Below, piece by piece: positions 31,868-38,929 of a stretch of 64,000 bases of DNA (position 1 is its first letter; each line of letters starts with the position of its first letter). Both the position numbers and the translations under genes were made by a program. The stretch comes from Acidobacteriota bacterium. GTDB lineage: Bacteria > Acidobacteriota > UBA6911. The notes under the pieces were generated by a model that saw only the letters and a program-made list of their open reading frames with translations, had not been told where the DNA came from and did no database searches. Location of the stretch: assembly GCA_963664705.1 (NCBI GenBank), contig OY761556.1, positions 6,784,001-6,848,000 of the forward strand, written 5' to 3'.

Positions 31868-33139
31868 TCAGAATCCCTTTACCTGGGGGGCGTAGGACGC
31901 CGGCAGGCCAAGGACAAATCGCACATTGGCACCCTCATGGCGGATCGCTTCAATGGCATTGTCGTGTTGCAGCGAAAACCCCGCGGGAGTTTCCTCGGAT
32001 TTGGGAATATTCGGATATTTCAGCTGCAGCCAGACCTGCATGGCCTGGTAAAACTCTGCCGCTTCCTCGGGGTTGTCCCATACTGTATTCACCAGTACGG
32101 CATTCTTACCTTCTCCATTTTCGAGCAGCACAACCTGATCTCCGCCCCAGCCCGCGGCCGACCTTCGGGATCGCTCTTCGGACAGGTGCAGATTCAAAAT
32201 GAGATTGAGCGAAAACTCGCCCAGCACGTTTTTGTAGGCGACTTTCCAGTCGCTGCCGAGCCTCGGTACGAGTGCTTCCGCGTCCACCTGCTTGGGTTCA
32301 TCTTTGGAAACAAAATATTTCTCGGGGTGCAGGATTTGTTCAGTGGATGACGGCAGGTCCTTGTAAATCCCGTTAATAAATTCCCAGGAGCCATTGCGCG
32401 CCCAGGCTTTCTGCATAAAAGCGGCGCCATAGGCGTAGGGGAAGAACATTGATTCCTGCAGGAAAGGCGGGGCGGATTTAAATACGGGGAACTGGGATTG
32501 CATGCCGGCCAGGAGGGTTCGCATGGCCAAGGCCAAGTCCGGCAATTGGGCGAAGGTCCTCTTAGCCGGCTCCAGTGTGTAGTTGAGCATCACGACCGTA
32601 GCATCGCCTTCCAGCAAGGCCTGGTGCGCCATGGATCTGTCGCCATTGTCAATCTTGCGGTCTTCCTTGAGAACCTTGGCTACCTCGAAGTACTGGTCTT
32701 GCAGTGCATGGTCCAGTTCATGCACCATGACGGGCTTCTGTTCCGCGGCTGAAAGCCAGGATGCGATAAAAAAGGTCTTCTTGTCCGCGTCGTAGAAGCC
32801 CGCGATCTGTTCCGAATACAGCTTCAAGACGAAACCTTTGTAATCGATGGTGGCCGGGATGGCTCCAAGGATTCGAAGCAGGGTGCCCTCCTTCTGCAAC
32901 TCGCTTTCGTTGTAATTCTCCCGAACCTGCTCATTTAGGTATTGAGAGATCTCTTCCCGATTCTTGACGCCGCGTTCAATAGGAGCTTTCGGTTGCAGTC
33001 CGCGAATGCGCGCGGTGACCTGTACCATCTCGTCCGCCGTCTTAAGAAGGTCAGCCGGACTGATTTCCTGGACCAGGGCTAAAGCACTCCCGCTCAGCCC
33101 GATGATTATCGCCAAATACAGAGCCCATCGAATGCGCAT
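31868..33139 (-). CDS. Secreted putative zinc metallopeptidase-like protein
   Basis: Signal peptide; IAGFYD; HELDH (HExxH) followed by ALLEGDAT; FPYAYG. Confidence 0.7.
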   Translation of the reverse strand: MRIRWALYLAIIIGLSGSALALVQEISPADLLKTADEMVQVTARIRGLQPKAPIERGVKNREEISQYLNEQVRENYNESELQKEGTLLRILGAIPATIDYKGFVLKLYSEQIAGFYDADKKTFFIASWLSAAEQKPVMVHELDHALQDQYFEVAKVLKEDRKIDNGDRSMAHQALLEGDATVVMLNYTLEPAKRTFAQLPDLALAMRTLLAGMQSQFPVFKSAPPFLQESMFFPYAYGAAFMQKAWARNGSWEFINGIYKDLPSSTEQILHPEKYFVSKDEPKQVDAEALVPRLGSDWKVAYKNVLGEFSLNLILNLHLSEERSRRSAAGWGGDQVVLLENGEGKNAVLVNTVWDNPEEAAEFYQAMQVWLQLKYPNIPKSEETPAGFSLQHDNAIEAIRHEGANVRFVLGLPASYAPQVKGF

Positions 33140-33323
33140 GTCGATCTCCCATCGATCAAGTTAAACGTCCGCATGATAATAGTCGAACCATCCGTTAATT
33201 GTCAGCATTTCAAAAACTGTTGCCTGGCCAGGAAACCGGGAGAACCGGCTTTTCGCGGGGTGGCAACCTCGAAAGATTGAAGCGATTGATTTTCCAGGTC
33301 GGCCGATGCTACAGTTAACCCAT

Positions 33324-33674
33324 ATGAATCCGCTTATCCCGTTGTGCGTCATGGCAGTTTTGGTCGGCTCTGTCGCCGTGATGTTTATTCTTGCGTCCAT
33401 CTTCCTGGGCCCAAAGAAAAGACATCCGGTTAAAGACACGCCATTTGAGTGCGGCTTTCCGTCCGATGGATACAAGGGATCCATGCCGGTGCGGTTCTAC
33501 ATCATCGCGATGCTTTTCATCATATTTGACGTAGAACTGGCGTTTTTGTTCCCATGGGCTGTCGTTTTCCGCTCTCTCGGGCTGTTTGGATTATTGGAAA
33601 TGTTCATCTTCTTTATCGTCGTGGGCGTTGGCTTCGTCTACGCATGGAAGATCGGTGCACTGGAATGGGAATAG
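33324..33674 (+). CDS. nuoA: NADH-quinone oxidoreductase subunit A
   Basis: PFECG, FYIIAMLFIIFDVE, FPWAV, GALEWE. Confidence 0.95.
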   Translation: MNPLIPLCVMAVLVGSVAVMFILASIFLGPKKRHPVKDTPFECGFPSDGYKGSMPVRFYIIAMLFIIFDVELAFLFPWAVVFRSLGLFGLLEMFIFFIVVGVGFVYAWKIGALEWE

Positions 33675-34171
33675 AAAATACCGCTGGCGATACTCCCGAT
33701 TTCTGCCTCCGGCTTTTACAGGAAAATCTTCCGGATGCAGTCCTGGAGACGATGTTGCCTCAAGGGGATCCTACGGCAGTCATTCGTCCGGATTCTCTGT
33801 TGAAGGTCGTGGAATTCCTTAAAACCGATTCGCGGCTTTTATTCAACGTCCTGATCGACATCACGGCTGTTGACTACCTGGAACGGAATCCCCGGTTCGA
33901 TGTCGTTTACCAGTTCCTTTCGCTCCCCTTCAACCGCCGCGTGCGATTGAAGATTGCGGTGGGCGGGCCTCAACCGGTGCTGGATTCCATAACCGCGCTA
34001 TGGGGCGCCGCCAACTGGCTGGAACGTGAGGTCTGGGACATGTTTGGCATCCGGTTTGCCGGCCATCCGGACTTGAAGCGCATTCTCATGTATGAAGAGT
34101 TCGAGGGGCATCCCTTACGCAAAGATTATCCCATCAACCAACGGCAACCGCGAATTGGGCCGAAAGTCTGA
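33665..34171 (+). CDS. nuoC: NADH-quinone oxidoreductase subunit C
   Basis: DITAVDY, ANWLEREVWDMFGIRFAGHPDLKRIL, GHPLRKDYP. Confidence 0.93.
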   Translation: MGIENTAGDTPDFCLRLLQENLPDAVLETMLPQGDPTAVIRPDSLLKVVEFLKTDSRLLFNVLIDITAVDYLERNPRFDVVYQFLSLPFNRRVRLKIAVGGPQPVLDSITALWGAANWLEREVWDMFGIRFAGHPDLKRILMYEEFEGHPLRKDYPINQRQPRIGPKV

Positions 34172-34178
34172 GGTGACC

Positions 34179-35780
34179 GTGGCCGAAACTGTAGAGCTTA
34201 CCATCGACGATCAGAAGGTTCAGGTGCCGAAAGGAACGCTGATTATTGAAGCGGCCAAAACGATCGGAATCCGGATCCCGCATTATTGCTACCACCCGGG
34301 GCTTTCGGTTGTGGGCAGTTGCCGCATGTGCCTGGTCGAAATCGAGAAGAACCCCAAACCGCAGCCGTCGTGTGCAACGCCCGTGGCGCCGGGAATGGTT
34401 GTCCGGACCAAGACGCCGGAAACACTAAAAAATCGGCGCTATGTGCTGGAGTTTCTGCTCTCGAACCACCCGCTGGACTGTCCTGTGTGCGATCAGGCCG
34501 GCGAATGCGAACTTCAGAATTACTATATGGAGCATGGGCTGTACGATGCGCGGTTTGACGAAAATAAGACCAAGCGCAAGAAAGCCCGCCCCATCGGCCC
34601 CTATGTGATGCTGGACCAGGAGCGATGCGTCCTGTGCACCCGATGCGTCCGGTTTACACGAGAGATAACCAAGACGGGAGAATTGGGCGTTATCGACCGC
34701 GGGCATCGAAGCGAAATCGATGTGCTGCCCGGGTTTGAGCTGAACAATCCCTATTCCGCCAACGTGATCGATATATGCCCGGTGGGAGCTCTGACCTGCC
34801 GCGACTTCAGGTTCAAATGCAGAGTCTGGTTTCTGGGGAGCGCTCCCTCTATTTGCCCCGGCTGCAGCCGCGGCTGCAATATCGACATCCACTTCAATGA
34901 GCGCTTCAACCCGCGCTATCACGACCAGAGAGTTCACCGCCTGAAGCCCCGGTTCAACCAAGAGGTCAACCAGTACTGGATCTGTGATGCCGGTCGCTAC
35001 TCCTATCATTCCATTGATGCCGCAAACCGCCTTCGCGCACCTCGCGTCAAACAGGGAGATCAGTTTGTGGAAATCTCATGGACGGAGGCGATTAAAACCG
35101 CTGCCGACGCAATAAGACAGGCCGGATCCAAAAACATTGCATTGCTGGTTTCTCCTCAATTGAGCAATGAAGAATTGTTCCGCATCCGACAGCTCTTCAA
35201 GGACGGTCTTGGCATCGAGACGATTGAAAGCCAGGTTCCCAATAAAGAGCCGGTCTATTCGGACGATTTCCTGATTACGGCAGACAAGAATCCGAATTCC
35301 CGCGGCGCGGCGGTTCTTTTCGGCGCAGGGTCGGGCGTGGACCGGCTCCTTCAGCAATGCGCCGCCGGCCAGTTCCAGGTGCTTTTTGTTTTTCAGCACG
35401 ACCTTATGGTCGGATACGATTCGGCTCGCGTGCGCGAAGCGCTGAGCAAAGTGAACTGCGTGATTTTTCAGGGTTCGTGGGATCAGCCGACCGCACAGCT
35501 TGCGAGCCTGCAACTCCCTTCGGCCGTTTATGCCGAAAAGGAGGGGACTTTTACTAACGTACAGGGAAGGGTGCAGCGGTTCCGTCCCGCCGTTCCTCCA
35601 ATGGGCGAGTCTTTGCCGGATCTGGAAATTGTGGCAAAGCTGGCTGCCGAGCTCGGGATTCCTCTGTCAGGTGCGTCAGCGGAAGAGGTGTTCCTGGAAA
35701 TCGGAAAAACGTACAGCGCCTTTGCTGGCATGACATGGCAGACGGTGGGCGCAAGTGGTCAGTTGTTGCAGGTCCTTTAA
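34179..35780 (+). CDS. nuoG: NADH-quinone oxidoreductase subunit G (short form)
   Basis: Fe-S motifs CYHP...SCRMC, HPLDCPVCDQAGEC, CVLCTRC...CPVGAL, CPGCSRGC...ICDAGR; C-terminal EKEGTFTN. Confidence 0.88.
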   Translation: MAETVELTIDDQKVQVPKGTLIIEAAKTIGIRIPHYCYHPGLSVVGSCRMCLVEIEKNPKPQPSCATPVAPGMVVRTKTPETLKNRRYVLEFLLSNHPLDCPVCDQAGECELQNYYMEHGLYDARFDENKTKRKKARPIGPYVMLDQERCVLCTRCVRFTREITKTGELGVIDRGHRSEIDVLPGFELNNPYSANVIDICPVGALTCRDFRFKCRVWFLGSAPSICPGCSRGCNIDIHFNERFNPRYHDQRVHRLKPRFNQEVNQYWICDAGRYSYHSIDAANRLRAPRVKQGDQFVEISWTEAIKTAADAIRQAGSKNIALLVSPQLSNEELFRIRQLFKDGLGIETIESQVPNKEPVYSDDFLITADKNPNSRGAAVLFGAGSGVDRLLQQCAAGQFQVLFVFQHDLMVGYDSARVREALSKVNCVIFQGSWDQPTAQLASLQLPSAVYAEKEGTFTNVQGRVQRFRPAVPPMGESLPDLEIVAKLAAELGIPLSGASAEEVFLEIGKTYSAFAGMTWQTVGASGQLLQVL

Positions 35781-35825
35781 GTCGTGGAGCCGTAGCGGTT
35801 CTCACGAGGTGCCGGGGATAACGAT

Positions 35826-36911
35826 ATGTGGCTTGATGTGCTCATTGCGTTGATCAAAGCGCTCTTCTTCCTGTCCTGTGTGCTGACGCTGACCTCACTG
35901 CTGACATGGATGGAACGAAAGCAGTCTGCCGTCATGCAGGACCGGCTTGGTGCCAACCGCGCCAGGATACTGGGCATTCAAGGATTCGGGTTGCCGCATA
36001 TCGTGTCGGATGCCCTGAAGATGTTTTTTAAGGAAGACTATGTGCCGCCCGGCGGGGATCGGATTCTTCACACCGCCGCCCCGATGGTTGCGCTTTTCTT
36101 CGCCCTCATGACTTTTGCCGCGATACCCTTCGGCGATACCCTTCAGATTGCCGGCCACCGAATTGATTTGCAGGTCCTTCCCTTGAATGTCGGCCTCCTG
36201 TTTGTTTTTGCCATGATGTCGCTCGGCATATACGGTACCTTCCTGGCCGGCTTCGCCTCGGACAATAAATATGCATTTCTCGGAGGACTGCGCGCTTCCA
36301 GCCAGATGATCAGCTACGAGATCACCATGGGAGCCACGCTGGTCGGACTCCTCATGATTTTTGGAAGTCTTGACCTGGCGGAATTGAATCGGGCGCAAGG
36401 CGGCCTGCTCTGGGGCTGGCTTCCGAAATGGGGGATATTCCTGCAACCGGTCGGGTTCCTGCTGTTCGTCGCCGCCGGAATGGCCGAAACAAAGCGTATC
36501 CCTTTTGATCTGCCGGAAGGAGAATCGGAAATCATCGGGTATTTCGTCGAATACAGCAGTATGAAGTTCGGCGCGTTTTTCATGGCGGACTTTATCGAGA
36601 CGATTCTCATTGCGGCGATGATCACCACGCTGTTTTTTGGCGGCTGGCAGATTCCCTATCTGCAGCCGGACGGTTTTCACCTGCCCTGGGGCTCATTCCA
36701 CGCACTCCCGCATCTCCTGGTTGCGTTGCTTCAGATGGCAGCCTTTGGCCTCAAGGTTTTCTTCTTCTGCTGGTTCCTGCTGCTGATCCGGTGGACACTT
36801 CCGCGCTTCCGCTATGATCAGCTGATGCGGCTGGGATGGAAGTTCATGCTGCCGATTTCGGTTCTGAATATCTTCGTTACTGCCGTGATCCTTGTATTGA
36901 TGAAGAAGTGA
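35826..36911 (+). CDS. nuoH: NADH-quinone oxidoreductase subunit H
   Basis: ERK...QDRLGANR, QMISYE, PFDLPEGESE, RWTLPRFRYDQLM. Confidence 0.95.
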   Translation: MWLDVLIALIKALFFLSCVLTLTSLLTWMERKQSAVMQDRLGANRARILGIQGFGLPHIVSDALKMFFKEDYVPPGGDRILHTAAPMVALFFALMTFAAIPFGDTLQIAGHRIDLQVLPLNVGLLFVFAMMSLGIYGTFLAGFASDNKYAFLGGLRASSQMISYEITMGATLVGLLMIFGSLDLAELNRAQGGLLWGWLPKWGIFLQPVGFLLFVAAGMAETKRIPFDLPEGESEIIGYFVEYSSMKFGAFFMADFIETILIAAMITTLFFGGWQIPYLQPDGFHLPWGSFHALPHLLVALLQMAAFGLKVFFFCWFLLLIRWTLPRFRYDQLMRLGWKFMLPISVLNIFVTAVILVLMKK

Positions 36912-36946
36912 TTTCGGATTCCAGATTTTAGATTCCGGATTCCAGA
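36912..36946 (+). repeat. Heptamer array, left arm (5 x TTYYRGA)
   Basis: TTTCGGA TTCCAGA TTTTAGA TTCCGGA TTCCAGA directly after the nuoH stop. Confidence 0.9.
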
Positions 36947-37193
36947 TGGCATCTGACCTTGGGCCGGAGACCCGATAGGGAATAGACAGGGGCGAGCGCA
37001 GCGAATCCCCGGCCATTTTCTGGCGCGCCTATGATTGTGCAACATGGCCTGTTCAGGTAAAAAGGAAAAGAAAAACTTGGAGTTTGGGTGTGGAAACCCG
37101 GAAGGAGCCCGGAGGGCGACCGAAGGGTTTCTACTCCCAAACTCCAAGCGCGGATGCACTCGGATAGCACAGTCCTACATATTGAAGGCGCCC

Positions 37194-38012
37194 ATGATCA
37201 ATAACACCAACCTTTCTCACTGGAACAGACTCCAAGCGAAGAGCCTTGACGCTCAATTTGTTAATGAGATGATTACCGGCCTTAACTGCTCTCCTTTCGA
37301 GGCGGAAGCTATTGTAGAGAAAGTTCATGAGGTTTACGTGCCGCTGTTTCAGACGGCGCAGGGACTTAAGCCGGGTCAGATTCAAGTGGCCGTGATCGAT
37401 GCTTCGGTAGCGCCTAATGTGCCACTGGCAAAAGCCAAGCAGAGACTGGTAACCCTGACCCTTCATGCAGGTACCGAAGATATCGAGACTCGAAAAAGGG
37501 GATCCGTACCAGCTCTTCGTCAGAAACGATTGTGCCGCATGTGCCAAGAAGCATTTCAGCAAGGGGGATTGTTGACCTTGGAGGATTTGGCCAATCTGTT
37601 CAATTGCGGCGTCCGCACTCTGGTGAACGACCTGGCGGCCTTGCGCAAACAGAGCATTGTGCCTCCTCTGCGCTCTACGACCAAGGATATGGGCCGCGCC
37701 ATCACCCATCGCCAACTGATTATCACGCTCTGGATGCAAGGGCTTGAGTACTCCGAAATCGCCCGTAAGACCAATCACACCATCGACTCCGTAGCCAACT
37801 ACGTGGATAAGTTTAAACGCTGTGCAGCCCTGTTTGTTTCTGGATTTGACGTGGATACAGTTGCTCTGATGGTAAAGCTTTCAACGCCTCTGACCAAGGA
37901 ATTTCAGCGTATCCACTCCGCTTGCCACGGGACTCCTCACCGTCTTCGGGAATTGGAAGATTTCCTCAAAAAAAACCGCATACCAAGCCTGCGCGGGAGG
38001 AAACGGTCATGA
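37194..38012 (+). CDS. DUF1670-like protein, paralog A
   Basis: LKPGQ, VTLTL, RMCQEAFQQGGLLTLEDLA, HTH-like GVRTLVNDL, DMGRAITHR, EIARKTNHTIDSVANY. Confidence 0.75.
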   Translation: MINNTNLSHWNRLQAKSLDAQFVNEMITGLNCSPFEAEAIVEKVHEVYVPLFQTAQGLKPGQIQVAVIDASVAPNVPLAKAKQRLVTLTLHAGTEDIETRKRGSVPALRQKRLCRMCQEAFQQGGLLTLEDLANLFNCGVRTLVNDLAALRKQSIVPPLRSTTKDMGRAITHRQLIITLWMQGLEYSEIARKTNHTIDSVANYVDKFKRCAALFVSGFDVDTVALMVKLSTPLTKEFQRIHSACHGTPHRLRELEDFLKKNRIPSLRGRKRS

Positions 38013-38794
38013 TTGCCCAATCTGAGGCTCAAAAACAATTCGGCTCTGCGCGGAAGCGCTTCCTGCAGTCTTCTATTGAAAATTTTCTGGACCAGGAGTT
38101 CCCTCGCACCTTCGGACCAGTAATTCGCGAGAAAATGGCAGAAAAGATTGTGGCGCTTGTCGACCAACAACTACCTCCCAAGGATCATCTGCGCCCTGGA
38201 CAGTGTGTTTGGAATGCCGTATCCATTGCGACCCGGCCTGACAGCCCCAACTGTCGTCTTGTCCCCATAGTCTTGACGCTTGTGGATTCTTCGGATGCCG
38301 AGCAACTGGCTCGCGGAACACCCATGTCCAGAATCGCCCAAACGTCCATCGCTCGGATTTGCCGTGAAGCCTTTGAACAAGGAGCCTTGCTCTCGATGCG
38401 CGATATTGGCCTCTTAGTCTGGCGAGATAACGCCCACATCTCGCAGGTCCGGAAAAAGTGGGAGGCTGAACAGCAAACATCGTTGCCTCATGTCGGAACT
38501 ATTCAAGATTTCGGCTCATGCATCACTCATAAGTCGGTCATTGTGCGCAAGGTTGTTTATGAAGGGAAAGATCCCCGTCGTGCTGCAGATGAAACCAAGC
38601 ACTCGCAGAGAGCCGTCGATCGTTACCTAAAAGACTTTCATCGAGTAAGAACGTGCTTCGAACATATCCAAGATGTTGAATTCGTTATCAAAACAACAGG
38701 TCTATCCAGGCAGCTGGTAAACCAATATGTCAGAATCATCATGGAAAATGAGAAAACGTTTCCTAAAGAGAACTTGACAGGCAAGATTGCTTAA
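38009..38794 (+). CDS. DUF1670-like protein, paralog B (ATGA-coupled to paralog A)
   Basis: LRPGQ, IVLTL, RICREAFEQGALLSMRDIG, DFGSCITHK, ETKHSQRAVDRY; colinear with paralog A. Confidence 0.75.
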   Translation: MIAQSEAQKQFGSARKRFLQSSIENFLDQEFPRTFGPVIREKMAEKIVALVDQQLPPKDHLRPGQCVWNAVSIATRPDSPNCRLVPIVLTLVDSSDAEQLARGTPMSRIAQTSIARICREAFEQGALLSMRDIGLLVWRDNAHISQVRKKWEAEQQTSLPHVGTIQDFGSCITHKSVIVRKVVYEGKDPRRAADETKHSQRAVDRYLKDFHRVRTCFEHIQDVEFVIKTTGLSRQLVNQYVRIIMENEKTFPKENLTGKIA

Positions 38795-38891
38795 ACTTCG
38801 GCGCTTTGCTCGCCGTTGGTTTGACTGGTTTGGGAAAAATACAATGCCAATTCCGGCAATGCCGGTAAATAGCGGATCCAGTCGTGGCACA

Positions 38892-38927
38892 TCCGAAAAT
38901 CCGGAATCTGGAATCTGGAATCTGGAA
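38892..38927 (-). repeat. Heptamer array, right arm (inverted relative to 36912-36946)
   Basis: TCCGAAA A TCCGGAA TCTGGAA TCTGGAA TCTGGAA, next to the stop of the convergent gene. Confidence 0.9.
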
Positions 38928-38929
38928 TT

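Larger units (their letters stand above)
36947..38889 (+). mobile_element. Putative non-canonical insertion element encoding two DUF1670-like proteins, bounded by a TGGCA direct repeat
   Basis: TGGCA at 36947-36951 and 38885-38889; separates two inverted heptamer arrays; structured leader; no DDE, HUH or serine-recombinase motifs recognised. The left boundary could instead be near 37031. Confidence 0.6.

Noticed and set aside
37035-37193. N-terminal extension of the first DUF1670 ORF from GTG 37035
   Set aside because: Runs through the long hairpin; ATG 37194 with an upstream GAAGG and colinearity with paralog B fits better.
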